The notes under the pieces were generated by a model. The model ran no database searches, had not been told where the DNA came from, and saw only the letters and a program-made list of their open reading frames with translations. Source: an uncultured Nitrososphaerales archaeon (GTDB lineage: Archaea; Thermoproteota; Nitrososphaeria; Nitrososphaerales; Nitrososphaeraceae). From it: a stretch of DNA of 64,000 bases. Both the position numbers and the translations under genes were made by a program. Below are positions 31,268 through 43,115 of the stretch, piece by piece. The first letter of the stretch is position 1. Each line of letters begins with the position of its first letter. The stretch lies in the NCBI GenBank assembly GCA_963841565.1, contig CAWJCY010000007.1, positions 32,001-96,000 of the forward strand, given 5' to 3'.

Positions 31268-31618
31268 TCACTCGGTACTGAATGAATGTCCACAAGAGCA
31301 ACTCTTAGTGACATTAGGATTGTTTATTTTGAATCCTGATCCCATCAGACTTTCTACATAATCAATATTAGCACCGCTCAAATGTCTCTGGCTATAGGTG
31401 TCTACCAAAACCTTCACGCCATTTTGCTCAATTACGCTGTCGTCATCATCGGGTTTTTCTTCGAAACCCATTCCATATGACAACCCAGAACACCCTCCAC
31501 CTGATACATAAACACGCAAGTAGAGATTAGTATTACCTTCCTGCTTCATAAATTCAGCTACCTTCTCTGCAGCTTTGTTCGTTATAGTTACGGCTTGACT
31601 CTGCTGTGCACTTTCCAT
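31268..31618 (-). CDS. A-type Fe-S carrier (IscA/ErpA/HesB)
   Basis: GGGCSGLSY, NPN...CSCGHSF. Confidence 0.93.
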   Translation of the reverse strand: MESAQQSQAVTITNKAAEKVAEFMKQEGNTNLYLRVYVSGGGCSGLSYGMGFEEKPDDDDSVIEQNGVKVLVDTYSQRHLSGANIDYVESLMGSGFKINNPNVTKSCSCGHSFSTE

Positions 31619-31720
31619 GTCAAGAAGTACGTCAGAATAAATATAATAACTTTTGCTTGAAAATAACAAACTTTTTTTATAGACGAATCAATTGTTGCTG
31701 GAATACCAATCCTTATATGA

Positions 31721-33839
31721 TCATGAAGATCGCACAAGTTGCCATTTCGCAAGGCTTCCCGCAGCCGTAGACCAAGTCGAAACAAAGTCGTACACTGGTA
31801 TATTTTTGGTTTCTATTTCTGCAGCTATTTTTCGAGTAAATGGGCCTCCCATTGCCCCCACCAAAATGGGTTTCTTCTTCAACTCCTGAAACCCTGCGAG
31901 GACATCTACGATCGTCTCCTCTAGAGGATCGTCTTGAAACACGAACCAAGGCATTATGATATCCACATTCGGGTCGTCCATAAAGGCCTGAATAGCGAAT
32001 TTGTAGTCATCCGCATTAGCCGAGCCAGTCACGTCTAACGGGTTTCCCAGAACATACGTTGCAGGATAGTGCTCGCTTGAACGAATTCATAGTTTCCTCA
32101 GAAAGAGTGGCTAGCTTTAGTCCGAGATCTTCAAATCTGTCTATAGCCGCTATAATTGGCCCAGCACCATTAGTAACCATGGCAACTTTGTTGCCGGATG
32201 GCACAGGCTGCCAAGCCAAAGCCTTAAGTGATCCGGTAAGTTCCTCATAACTATCTACAGAAACTATGCCAGATTGTTGGAATGCCCCTTTGACCACTCC
32301 AAATGAACCTCCCAATGAACCTGTATGGGACGCGGCCTGAACTGCACCCCTTGCCGTCCGGCCATTCTTGAAGACCACCACAGGCTTCTTGTGTTCAGAA
32401 ATCACTCTCTTTGCAGTATCTACAAATTTTCTGCCGTCTCCTAATCCTTCGACGTATAATCCAATTACATCTGTGTTGGGATCTTGTGCTAAGTACCAAA
32501 TCATATCTGCTTCGTCCACATCGGATCGGTTACCGTAAGAAATCATCTTGCTTGTTCCGAATGAATCTGAAGTCTCCATAAACGCAATCCCAACCGTTCC
32601 ACTCTGAGAAAGGAACGACACCTTTCCATTCTTGGGACGAACCATTCTTGCATGACCTTGAAAAGCACAGTCTAAACGATTTTCGCCATTAAACACTCCT
32701 ATACAGTTAGGGCCTATGATCCTTATACCGAGGTCCTGCGAAAGTTGTTTTATTTCCTGTTCTATTTCGGCCCTTTCACCTCCAAGTTCCTTGCCACCGC
32801 CTGAGATAATGACGATATTGTGAATTCCCTTAGTTCCACAGGCCTTGAGCAAGGCTGGAACAAACTTGAGATCAACCGTAACTATAACGAGGTCAACTGA
32901 TTCCTGGATCTCATCCAAGCTCTTGTATGCCTTTAAACCCATTATTTCTGGATACCCCTTGGCGTTTACAGGAAAGATCTTACCCTTGTACTCATGTTTA
33001 GAAAGACTCTCAAGAACCGAGTTCCCAATTTTCCCTGTCTCAGGAGACGCTCCAATTAAAGCGATTGATTTAGCGTTAAAGAATACATCCATGTAGTTGG
33101 AATTTGGCTGAGCGTTGGATATTACACTGGTATTAGGTTTATCTTTGAGTAGAATTTTTGCATCAACGATATAGTAATTGTCCGGATAGACGGTCATTGG
33201 GTTGAAATCTACGCTTTCAAAATAAGGAGCCATGTCAACTCCTAAGCTACCAATCTTTACCAGAGCCTCTGCCACCATCTCTAGATCAACTGGTCGACTG
33301 CCTCTAAACCCATGCAGAATTTGCTTTCCTTTCAGCCCTTCCAACATCTCCAGAGCATCTTGTTTGTCAATCGGCAGGACCCTAAAACTTACATCCTTAA
33401 ATAATTCTGTATACACGCCACCTAGTCCACACATAATTACTGGACCAAACTGGGGGTCATTTTGTAAACCAACTATTAACTCCACCCCAGGAGGCACCAT
33501 CTTTTCAAGTAAGATCCCTCGTATTTCAAAGTCCTTTCTTAGTCTGTCGTACATGTCATTGAAAGCATTCACTACCTCACCTTCAGATGCAAGGCCTGTT
33601 TTTACGCCCTTGACTTCTGTCTTGTGTAGTATCATAGCGGAAACGACCTTCGCCACCAGTGGGAATCCAATGGTCGCACTTTCCTTGGCTGCCTGCTGGG
33701 CGCTGGTTACCATAACATAAGGGGGTACCTGAAGACCGTACTCGGATAGAATCTGCTTTGCCAGATCCTCTGTGACTACCTTGTGGGGACTGGATATGAC
33801 CTCTGAAAGAACTCTTTGGACTCCTTTCTTGTCGCTCAT
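31721..33839 (-). CDS. ADP-forming acyl-CoA ligase, probably 3-hydroxypropionyl-CoA ligase of the 3HP/4HB cycle; apparent frameshift at ~32075
   Basis: N-terminal ATP-grasp (LHKTEV), [32 protein letters not shown]; closely resembles N. maritimus Nmar_1309 (from memory). Confidence 0.85.
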
Positions 33840-33991
33840 GAGATAAAGTGGGAAACTTTGTGGCTTCTAATTAACTTTACTTGGACAAGCAAGAACTGAT
33901 TGAACACATATCTAAACAGAGCCAAGACCAAACAAATCATTGGCATTCAAAGACAATTCATGATTCTGGACCCTAGAATTAAATGGAAGAG

Positions 33992-34708
33992 TTACTTTGT
34001 TGCAGCTATAATTACCGCTCCCCCTAACATATACTTCCTAAACTGGACCTCTGAAAACTCCCTTTCTAGCATCCTCTTAAGTTCTGAATTCTTTGGCCAT
34101 CGTTTGTAAGTTCCATATAATGCCCTAAACCCTAGTCCTTTACTGCCGGCTACTGTGAATGCCAGAAAACCTAAAACATATTTCAGATACATACTAACAA
34201 GAGCATCCAAAAAGACCTGGTCCGGCTTGCCAAGATCTACAATCAGTAGTCTTCCATTAGGCTTCAGAATGCGGTGAAATTCTGCGATCGCATCTTTAAG
34301 ATGAATGGCATCCCTCAATGAATATCCACATAATACCGCATCAAAAATATTGTTTCTGAAGGGCAAATATTCAAAAATACCTGAGGATAATTGAATACTC
34401 AAATCAGATTCATCGTCAAGTGATCTCCCAATTCGAAGCATTTCGATAATTGGGTCGTACAGAATTACCTCTAATTCGCCATTCATTTCAATTCTGGCCA
34501 ACTTAGACATATTGCCAAAACCAGAACCCGCATCCAATATTCTATCTCCAAAATTTAGCTGTCTGTTCAAACACATTCTCCTATAGTCGGCGTCCTTGCC
34601 AAGAGAAATCACTCTATTTACTCTGTTGTAAACGGGAATGATACTTCTTAGTGTCGAGATTACTTCAGGCCAGTATGTTTTGCCCAGACCGGACATTGTA
34701 ACCTCCAA
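33992..34708 (-). CDS. UbiE/MenG-family SAM methyltransferase
   Basis: YNRVNRVISLG, LDAGSGFG, LPFRNNIFD, RILKPNG. Confidence 0.85.
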   Translation of the reverse strand: MEVTMSGLGKTYWPEVISTLRSIIPVYNRVNRVISLGKDADYRRMCLNRQLNFGDRILDAGSGFGNMSKLARIEMNGELEVILYDPIIEMLRIGRSLDDESDLSIQLSSGIFEYLPFRNNIFDAVLCGYSLRDAIHLKDAIAEFHRILKPNGRLLIVDLGKPDQVFLDALVSMYLKYVLGFLAFTVAGSKGLGFRALYGTYKRWPKNSELKRMLEREFSEVQFRKYMLGGAVIIAATK

Positions 34709-34862
34709 TCAGTGCGTGAAGAATATTATCTTTCTTAGAAACAAATCACGGAACGATTAGAGATTACTAATGATCATCAATTTCATGGTGCACAGCTTTA
34801 GCTTCTGGCGATGACAAACCTACCGCAGATTCTGAAAAAGCATAGTTAGCAGAACCCAGCAA

Positions 34863-35534
34863 ATGTTGATTAATGACATGTCAGAATATAGATCTGTGTC
34901 AGTTACTACTAACGAATATGTCTGTGGAGATTGTGGATCTCAATTGCTCCATGAAAACCCAAATACGCTTCAGAGCATGATAGATATACACAATCAGTTG
35001 TGCCCAGTGAAAAGGCAAAAGACTTTGCCAGGTCAAATGGTATCGTCAAAACCCTCTCCTCCCAACAAGGCTATAGCACGGCAACCAACTTCAGCGTCAG
35101 TTGCCGCTCCTCAACCTCAGGTAAGCCAAATCCCCGAAATGAAAGGTCCTGCATCGGGAGGTGGCGCTACAACTATATCTTTAGCGGGCAGCGGAACAAG
35201 CTACTCCAAAGCTGAAGGTCCAATTGACCCTGATTTTAAATCAAAGCGTAGCGTTGTTGGAACATTCCAAGATATAAAGGTCTGGGGTGAAGTGGATCCT
35301 CCTGGACGATTGGGTATCTGGGGTTCAGAAGTTACAGTAGATTTTGATATCTGTGTTGCAGATGGAGCTTGTATTGAAGCATGCCCTGTGAATGTTTATG
35401 AATGGCTTGATACTCCTGGACATCCTGCCTCTGAAAAGAAACCATTTATGATTAGAGAAAAGGATTGTATATTCTGTATGGCATGCGAAAATGTCTGTCC
35501 TCCTCAGTGTGTAAAGATATTCAATAAAGGTTAA
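34863..35534 (+). CDS. Zfx-type dicluster ferredoxin with N-terminal CxxC-HxxxC domain
   Basis: [12 protein letters not shown] and [12 protein letters not shown]; GPIDPDF..., [11 protein letters not shown]. Confidence 0.88.
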   Translation: MLINDMSEYRSVSVTTNEYVCGDCGSQLLHENPNTLQSMIDIHNQLCPVKRQKTLPGQMVSSKPSPPNKAIARQPTSASVAAPQPQVSQIPEMKGPASGGGATTISLAGSGTSYSKAEGPIDPDFKSKRSVVGTFQDIKVWGEVDPPGRLGIWGSEVTVDFDICVADGACIEACPVNVYEWLDTPGHPASEKKPFMIREKDCIFCMACENVCPPQCVKIFNKG

Positions 35535-35642
35535 CTATGATAATTGAATAATTGAGGTCATTTTGATTGCTTCCTACTATTACTTGGAGACGAGTTCAAA
35601 AATCTTAGGCTCATTAATCTAGAGAAGCGCTAGATCTTCGAA

Positions 35643-36125
35643 GTGCCAACGGAACAATTTGATCTAGTAGCCACAGGAGGTACGTTCGATGAAATCCATG
35701 CTGGGCATCGGGAGTTGCTAACTAGGGCCTTCGGTTTGGGAAGATCCGTGCTGATAGGGGTCTCAAGCGATAATTTCGCAGCAGCAAAGAAAGGCAAGAA
35801 TAGACTGAGGCACAGGTTCGAAACTAGGGTAGAAAGGTTAGTCCAATTCATTCATGATGAGTTTGGAAATGTAAATTTCGAAATTAAAGAACTAAATGAC
35901 GATTTTGGACCTACCAGCTTGGACAGAAATCTCCAAGCTCTTGTTGTCAGCGAAGAAACCGAACCGAAGGGACATGAAATTAATAGAATTCGGTCAAGCA
36001 AAGGATTTGACCCTTTGGTAATCGTTACAGTCACAATGCTAAAGGCAGAAGACGGTCGACCACTCTCATCATCTCGAATTCGTTATGGAGAAATTGACAG
36101 GAATGGGAGAGTCTTGAGGAAGTAG
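35643..36125 (+). CDS. coaD: Phosphopantetheine adenylyltransferase
   Basis: GGTFDEIHAGH, LVVSEET, AEDGRPLSSSRIR. Confidence 0.92.
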   Translation: MPTEQFDLVATGGTFDEIHAGHRELLTRAFGLGRSVLIGVSSDNFAAAKKGKNRLRHRFETRVERLVQFIHDEFGNVNFEIKELNDDFGPTSLDRNLQALVVSEETEPKGHEINRIRSSKGFDPLVIVTVTMLKAEDGRPLSSSRIRYGEIDRNGRVLRK

Positions 36126-36298
36126 AGTGAATTATGGTAATATTCGATCTTATGACAGAAACCTTTTCTGCCACCATGAATCCTGTTCATTTAGCTAAAG
36201 TTTTCGGCCGGTTTTATAAATGGAAGTAGCCCCCCGTCATGCTAACGAGATGAGTTTCAGGCAGACAGTATTCCAGTAAGACAATAAAAATGAATAAT

Positions 36299-36610
36299 TT
36301 ATCCTATATCTATGTGGACGGTATTTCTATGAGCACGAATAGACAGAGGCTTTCTCCCCTCATTAAGTATCATATATGCAGTCTTTTGAAGCCTTTCAAC
36401 GGATTCTTTGTCCGACATCGTTATGCTATGTGAACTATCATCATCTAGAACCAAAATTAACTCTTTCTCGCTTACGATGGCCACATGTTTGAGCGAGTTC
36501 TGTTCTCTATTTGGGGATAGTATCCACATCAGTTTCTCAGCTTCGTACTCGTCCTCACAATCGATATTTTCTGTGTCCCTAGAAGTGCTACTCAAAGGGG
36601 TTTTCCTCAT
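36299..36610 (-). CDS. Hypothetical protein downstream of trpS
   Basis: ORF from ATG 36610 overlapping the trpS end. Confidence 0.6.
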   Translation of the reverse strand: MRKTPLSSTSRDTENIDCEDEYEAEKLMWILSPNREQNSLKHVAIVSEKELILVLDDDSSHSITMSDKESVERLQKTAYMILNEGRKPLSIRAHRNTVHIDIG

Positions 36611-37770
36611 AAAGAAACAAATCGACTTGATTCCTTGCTTGATCTCTTCGCCTAGTAAACTCTGACATGAAGGACTTTGTCTGAGTGGTGAGATCGGATT
36701 TACATTCCCCACATAATAAATTACCTGTTCTACATTTTAGAGATCGTTCAAACGATTCCTTTCCATTGTCAAAGAAATGGCTCAGGTACCAAAACACTGG
36801 ACATGCATCTGGATCTCCTCCTAATATCCTTTGTAGAGCAACTGACGGTTGCCCTCCTGTGTACGCGCCTGAAATCTTGCTTTCAATCGTTTCTGGGTCG
36901 TCGGTTGTAAAAATAGCACCAGTAGGTTTTGAAGATGACATCTTACCATTCATTTCTAAACTTGGTACAAACTTACTGTGGACTTGTGCCGGTTTATAGT
37001 ATCCCATCTTCTCTGCTATGTCTCTTGTAATCCTCCAGTATGGATCTTGATCAATTGCGAGCAGGGATTAGCACGCGAGTAGGCTTCTTTTCGATCAAGG
37101 ATGGCAAAAAGCAAGGGGCAGCTTGAATAGCGGGAAACCCTATCATTCCTATATTAGACGATGGCTTAAACCCAAATACGGCTTTTGCAGTGGAAAAGGT
37201 TAACCTTTTTGAGATCTCTAGATAAAGAGGGTATAAAGTTTGGATATTTTTAGTATCAATAACAATTCGAGTCAGCGTGGGGTCAAATCCCATGGCTATG
37301 ACGTCAAGGATATTGTCGTACGCGTACTTCTCCACTTCTTGCAAGCTGAGTTGATGACTATAGAGAAATTTTTCGTCATCGGTAATCTGAAACAAGAGTC
37401 TGGATCCAAATGTATCTTGAAGATATTTTGTGAAAAACCACGGCATCAAGTGACCCATATGAACATGACCAGAAGGGCCTCTGCCGGTGTAAAGGTAGAA
37501 ATTTTCTCCATTTCCGTACGCGTCTAGTACTACGTCCAAGTCCCTGTGAGAAAAGAAGAAGCCACGTGATAAGAGAGGATGAACATTTCCGGAAAACTTT
37601 TGCAATTTCTCGATAATTTCAGGAGTAATTAATCGGGTGCCGAATTCTTGGACAATTTTATTGTAGTCAACAACACCGTCGACCTGCCACGGCGTCACAC
37701 TGTACTCTCTTTCTAAATTGTCTGCTTCATATCCTACTGATTCCTCGATTTCCTCATCCCGTTCATCCAT
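36588..37770 (-). CDS. trpS: Tryptophanyl-tRNA synthetase; apparent frameshift at ~37059
   Basis: VTPW, YTGRGPS..HMGH, TDDEKF, IDQDPYW, KMSSS. Confidence 0.95.
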
Positions 37771-37844
37771 TCGAATTATTTCACGACCTTAATCTGATTA
37801 AACGTTTAAAAAGTGTTCTTCGCTCAGAAGATTAAAAACAAATT

Positions 37845-39357
37845 ATGACTTATAAAGTAACTGCATTACATCCTATCGAGAAAAAGATTCTCCACCTCCT
37901 GGGTAAGGATGGCTCCCTTACAGTTGAAGCGTTGTCAGAGAAGAGCGACTTGACCATCGACCAGGTGAGGAGAGGAGTAGAACGGCTAAAATTCAAGCAG
38001 CTCATACTGATCACTCAAGATTCATCTATCTTCTTTGAGTTGGATGAGCGTGGGAAATCCGCCTTACTCAAAGGATTGCCTGAGAGAAGGTTGGTCAGTG
38101 CTATTCAGTTAGAGCCTGATAAAGGGATTGCAATGCTTGCAAAGACACAGGCGTTTGAGCGGGATGAGCTGGGTGCGGCTATTCGGGTTGCAAGGGATCA
38201 AAACCATTGGTTGCTTCCGGCTTCTGGTGATAAAAACAGATCTAATCTAAGAATTAGTCAATCAATATCAGAAACCTCTCCAGAAGAACAGGTTATAGAA
38301 CGATTCAGAAACGTACAGCGAATCTCTGAAAATGAATTAAATGACATTGAGAAGAAGGGTGTGGAGCTCCTCCTAAGGAGACCAAATTATCTAAGAAAGA
38401 TTCAACAACAAACTGTTACTATATCATTAACAGCAGTTGGGAGGTCGATGGTTGAAGAGATCACCATGCCTAAATCTAATAAAACAGAGTCCGTTAGATC
38501 AGAGACTAGAGCAGAAGACCGGCCAGAAAGTTTTGCAATAGACCTTGAAGCTGCAGTTAAGGTCGCGTCCCCAGGCAAAACGCACCCATTGACTGATTTA
38601 ATTGCAGAGATTAAAGAGATTTTCGTGAGCATGGGATTCACCGAGATAGCGGGTGACATCATCCAGACATCCTTTTGGAACTTTGATGCATTGTTTACGC
38701 TTCAGGACCACCCTGCCAGAGAAATGCATGATACATACTATCTTTCTGGGCTCAGGAATGTAAAGGAAATAGCGAGCAAAGAGCAGATCGCAAATGTTTC
38801 TAAAATACATAACAAAAATTCAATCAATGTCTGGGATGTTCGAGAGTCCAACCGCCTAGTACCTACGTACTCATACGACTCCGGTCACACTGAAATATCT
38901 AGCAGATAACCAACCTGATGAGGCAAAGCTTTTCTCGGTAGGGACTGTGTTTCGAAATGAAAAAGTAACAAAGGGTCACCTCTCTGAATTCTTTCAGATT
39001 GAAGGGGTAGTCACCAAGCCGAACGCCTCAGTTAGGGATCTAATGGGGTTACAAACGGAATTCTATCGCAAATTGGGAATCCAAAAAGTAAAGTTTTGGC
39101 CTACTTTCTTTCCATATACTGAACCATCTTTACAATCAATGGTATATATCGAAAAAGTCGACAAATGGTTGGAACTCTTTGGAATGGGAATATTTAGGGA
39201 TGAGGTCACCCTTCCAATGAAAATCAGAAATCCAGTTCTTGCTTGGGGAGGAGGGCTCGAGCGCTTGGCAATGTTACGACTAGGCATAGATGACATAAGA
39301 ACGCTTTACAGCAACAAGATCGAGTGGTTAAGGAGCGTTCCCAAATGCCAGTTATAG
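37845..39357 (+). CDS. pheS: Phenylalanyl-tRNA synthetase alpha subunit; apparent frameshift at ~38862
   Basis: FWNFDALF..QDHPAREMHDT, LRTHTT, FRNE, FFPYTEPS, GGGLERL. Confidence 0.95.
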
Positions 39358-41018
39358 AAGTTCCACTAACTGTCCTAACCAAGTCATTCCCCCAGAATTC
39401 CCTTGAAGATATCATCGCCTCTGTTCCCTTCATAGGCCTCGATATAGAAGGTAGAGATGATAAGTTCATTAGATTAGAATATAATCCTAATCGACCAGAC
39501 TTTTCATCCTATGTCGGAATTGTGCGAGCGCTCAAGGGGTATCTTGGATTAGAAACGGGACTTCCCAAATATAGATTAAAAAATGACAAGAAATTTCAGA
39601 TTGAAATTAGCGATTCGGTAAGATCAATCAGGCCCTACATTAGGGCCTTAGTTGCTAAGGAAATAGAATTAGATAATGACCTTATCAAGATGCTAATAGA
39701 TATGCAAGAAGATTTGCATATGGGAATATGTAACAAGAGAAAGGTTGCATCTATAGGTCTACATAATCTTAATAAGATTAGGTTTCCTCTAAGTTACTTG
39801 GCGTCCAGTTCCGATATTTCATTTGTGCCTCTGGATTCCAGTCAAGCCCTTTCGCTCAACGAGATCTTAAGCTCAACGGATGTGGGTAAGAGGTATTCTT
39901 ATTTGCTTGGAAAGACAAATGACTTCCCTATCCTACTAGATGTCGAAAAGCAAGTTGTATCATTCCCTCCCATAGTGAATTCAAAAAATACCAGATTAGA
40001 CAATCGATCAAAGGGCATATTTGTTGAAATCACTGCTATCGACCCAAATGTGGCCGATCTCATTTCAGCTATATATGCTGCAACATTGTACGACATGAAA
40101 TTCAAGGTTTATCAAGTTACATTAAATGAAACCAAAGGCTCATCAACTAAATCCCCTGATATGAGTCCCTCGTCGGTATCAGCCAGCATTATAGAGATAA
40201 ATAAATATCTAGGGACAAAATTACCTCGAAAGGTGATTGTTAGAGCTGCAGCTCGTAGCCGGTTAGGCACAAGAAATTCAGCACATGGGAAGCTAACGTG
40301 TATTGTACCTAGGTACAGAAATGATGTTAGGCATATTAGAGACTTGATTGAGGAGGTGATGATCGGCCTTGGAATATCGAAACTTTCCCCGACGTTACCA
40401 TTGGTCAATGTAACTGGAAATAGGAACACATATTCGATTCTTATCGATAAGATCAAAGAGGTATTGGTTGGGCTTGGGCTTTTGGAGGTCAGAAACTTTG
40501 CCATAGTTTCGAGGTTTCTGCAGTATGATTCTATGGGTCTGAAGCCGGAAGAATCGTCAATTTTTAAGATTGAAAATTCTCTGGTCTCCGGATTTGATAC
40601 TTTGCGCAATTCTCTCCTTCCTTCGCTTATCGATACCATTGGACACAATATCCATAGCTCTTATCCTCAAAATATCTTTGAGATTGGCAAAGTATTTACA
40701 AAAGGAGAATCTGAAACTGAAAAATGGCATCTTTGTGTGGCACTTGCTTATAATAGGGCCGACTACACCAGTATCAAATCGATATTGCAGGCCTTTTTGA
40801 AAGTTGCTTTTGGTAAAGATATAGTAACTACCCCAAATTCTTATGGTGTGGAATACACCATTGGTCGTTCTGCGAGTATAAAAGTGGAAGGGAACGAAGT
40901 GGGTAAAATTGGTGAAATTAGTGACTTCGTCAGGCAAAGTCATAGGGTACGCGTACCTGTGGCAGCCTTTGAAATAGACCTTTCTCCTTTTCTCATTTCG
41001 TTTCGAACATTAATGTGA
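39345..41018 (+). CDS. pheT: Phenylalanyl-tRNA synthetase beta subunit
   Basis: YNPNRPD, SFPPIVNS, PRYRNDV, LRNSLLPSL, IFEIG. Confidence 0.95.
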   Translation: MPVIEVPLTVLTKSFPQNSLEDIIASVPFIGLDIEGRDDKFIRLEYNPNRPDFSSYVGIVRALKGYLGLETGLPKYRLKNDKKFQIEISDSVRSIRPYIRALVAKEIELDNDLIKMLIDMQEDLHMGICNKRKVASIGLHNLNKIRFPLSYLASSSDISFVPLDSSQALSLNEILSSTDVGKRYSYLLGKTNDFPILLDVEKQVVSFPPIVNSKNTRLDNRSKGIFVEITAIDPNVADLISAIYAATLYDMKFKVYQVTLNETKGSSTKSPDMSPSSVSASIIEINKYLGTKLPRKVIVRAAARSRLGTRNSAHGKLTCIVPRYRNDVRHIRDLIEEVMIGLGISKLSPTLPLVNVTGNRNTYSILIDKIKEVLVGLGLLEVRNFAIVSRFLQYDSMGLKPEESSIFKIENSLVSGFDTLRNSLLPSLIDTIGHNIHSSYPQNIFEIGKVFTKGESETEKWHLCVALAYNRADYTSIKSILQAFLKVAFGKDIVTTPNSYGVEYTIGRSASIKVEGNEVGKIGEISDFVRQSHRVRVPVAAFEIDLSPFLISFRTLM

Positions 41019-41430
41019 GAAGACGGTTAAAAATGAGAACAACGAGCATGATTGTGTGAGTATTTTTAAGCGAGTAATAGACTATTTGAATTCTTTTGCA
41101 AAATCTAAGATCAGAAAGGAGGATTGTACTTGCTCAGATTTTATCCACCTAGTTTTTCAACATTTGTATTCAAAATTATTGGAATTTTCAACTAACTTGG
41201 TTAAATGGGTCTGTACTCTGACATAAATAAGAAATGGTATTGTGGCCATTTGTTATACTGTGAGATCCTCTCCTGGATACCTACTTCAACATCTTGTGAC
41301 TTTATGTTAACTATACATGTGAGGATAAGCCTTGATCTGGGACTTCTGAAATATTTTTTATGCAACATGATGTGACCCATCGCCTAGACACTAGTATTAT
41401 GCAAATATATACGTCTACAATCTCCCTTGT

Positions 41431-41520
41431 TATCCCCGTTAGAGAGTACGCTAGGAGGGAATACACATGAGTGTAACAGGCTACCCGTGAATAGTAGTGG
41501 GTCAGAGGCGGGGGACATTT
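41431..41520 (+). ncRNA. Candidate box H/ACA guide RNA
   Basis: Stem TCCCCGTT(41433-40)/GGCGGGGG(41507-14) directly followed by ACA(41515-17); internal pocket; upper stem with Kt-7-like GGA/GAA K-turn; AATATATA at 41404-41411. Confidence 0.55.
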
Positions 41521-41807
41521 TAACTATCCTTTGGATTACCTAAACTCGTCGATCATATTTTTTATAATGGATCTCGCTTCAGAAGAAATATTATAACCAG
41601 CTAGGACTTTGGTCGGTTCTGAAAGCAAGAGTCTTCTGAAATTTGGTTCACTCGCTGCCCTAAGAAGAATGTCGCTAACTATTTTTGCATCCCAGTTTCT
41701 AAATTCCAACCAGGATCATGCTGTATATGGAATCTTAATTTGTAGTTTTCTACCCACGATATATCACAAGAACATTATTATTCTTAAAATTTGATTCCGG
41801 ATAAGTA

Positions 41808-43115
41808 TTGCGACTGGTAGACCGGTTTAAATGGTCCAATAATGGCACAAGTAGAATCCAACCTCCAGAAAAGACCCTTCTCGCAGTGGAGGCGATCGCA
41901 GGAAAGATTGGGGTGACACGTATCGGCAACATAACCTATCTGGACAGACTCGGTATTCCCAATTATTCGGTTGTTCTGCCCGGTACAGAGGATTATATTT
42001 GGGTCTATAGCGGAAAGGGTTTTACCATGAAGCAGGCCCGGACAAGCGGCCTTATGGAAGCTGTAGAACGCTATTCTTCTTTGCCTAGCAGCTATGAACG
42101 TCCATTCATCAGAGATTCATATTTTGAGCTGTCAAAAAGGTATAACGTACTAAGTCCAGATGATGTTTGTGAACCCCTTTCTATTCAATATAAGAATGAT
42201 ATGATAATGGATTATGTTCAAGGCTTTGATCTGGTTTCTCATGAACAAATTCTAGTACCATCCGCTTTGGTCATGTTTAGGTACGCTCAGGGCGGGAAGG
42301 CTGTCAATCCGTTCTCATTCTCCCACACAAACGGATTAGCATCAGGAAATGTTTTGGAGGAAGCGATATGTCACGCTTTGTGTGAAGTCGTTGAGCGAGA
42401 TGCATCAAGTTTGGCTGACTTACGTTCGAGCGCCTTTCCCTTTCATTTTATAAAGATCCTCACGAATAAGTTTAAAGAGAGCGGGTACGAAATAAACGAA
42501 ATTCCTTCGGATAGTATGGTTGATGAACCAAATTTGTTTCCAATGCTCGATCTAGAGGGTGCTATCAATGAACCGGCGAGAAATTTAGTGAATAGATTTA
42601 AGGCTGCAAATATTTCCTTGATGGTTAAGGAGATTACAAGTGATGTGGGAATACCAACATTCAACGCTGCAAGCGTTGAATGGCTGACTCAGAATTACGG
42701 CTATCTTGCTGAAGGAACGGGTACGCACCCAGACGCCAGAATTGCACTGGTAAGGGCGATTACAGAACTTGCTCAGACTCGAGCGGCTAACATTCAAGGC
42801 GCTCGAGATGATCTTCGCAAAATTAACTATGTGGGTGAAAATTCAGAGGACAAGAGATCGTGGCAATTCATGAATTCTGATCGAAAGGTTAGTCTCTCTG
42901 AGATCGATAGCTACTATAATGAAAACATACTAGATGATATAAGGTTAATTCTTAATCATCTTAAAGTCGTGGGACTAAAGAGAGCCATTGTGGTGGATTT
43001 AACGGTCCCGTGGATAGGAATTCCGGTAGTACGGGCCATCGTACCAGGTTTGGAAACATTCAAGTTCACAAAATCTGTTATAGGTCAAAGGGCGAGGAAT
43101 TATTTCAAGATATGA
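41808..43115 (+). CDS. ycaO: YcaO-family protein (TfuA-associated, thioamide-forming type)
   Basis: GVTRIGNITYLDRLGIP, SGKG, MEAVER, TNGLASGN, EVVERDA, RAITELAQTR; no Pro-rich C-terminus. Confidence 0.92.
   Translation: MRLVDRFKWSNNGTSRIQPPEKTLLAVEAIAGKIGVTRIGNITYLDRLGIPNYSVVLPGTEDYIWVYSGKGFTMKQARTSGLMEAVERYSSLPSSYERPFIRDSYFELSKRYNVLSPDDVCEPLSIQYKNDMIMDYVQGFDLVSHEQILVPSALVMFRYAQGGKAVNPFSFSHTNGLASGNVLEEAICHALCEVVERDASSLADLRSSAFPFHFIKILTNKFKESGYEINEIPSDSMVDEPNLFPMLDLEGAINEPARNLVNRFKAANISLMVKEITSDVGIPTFNAASVEWLTQNYGYLAEGTGTHPDARIALVRAITELAQTRAANIQGARDDLRKINYVGENSEDKRSWQFMNSDRKVSLSEIDSYYNENILDDIRLILNHLKVVGLKRAIVVDLTVPWIGIPVVRAIVPGLETFKFTKSVIGQRARNYFKI

Noticed and set aside
34800-34862. GGCGATGA segment as fluoride riboswitch or C/D sRNA
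   Set aside because: Lacks the TCGCC pairing of crcB RNA; C and D boxes all degenerate
41014-41226. Stop-free frame (...KEDCTCSDFIHL...) as YcaO precursor or SWIM remnant
   Set aside because: No ATG, no leader/core character, second SWIM ligand pair absent; plausible by chance
41431-41520. Cobalamin or Moco riboswitch reading of the structured island
   Set aside because: Only short words (AGGGAA, GTCAG, CCCGT) match; hairpin plus K-turn plus ACA explains it better
41609-41794. 61-aa TTG ORF before ycaO as a RiPP precursor
   Set aside because: Weak start, no RBS, composition looks like random AT-rich sequence
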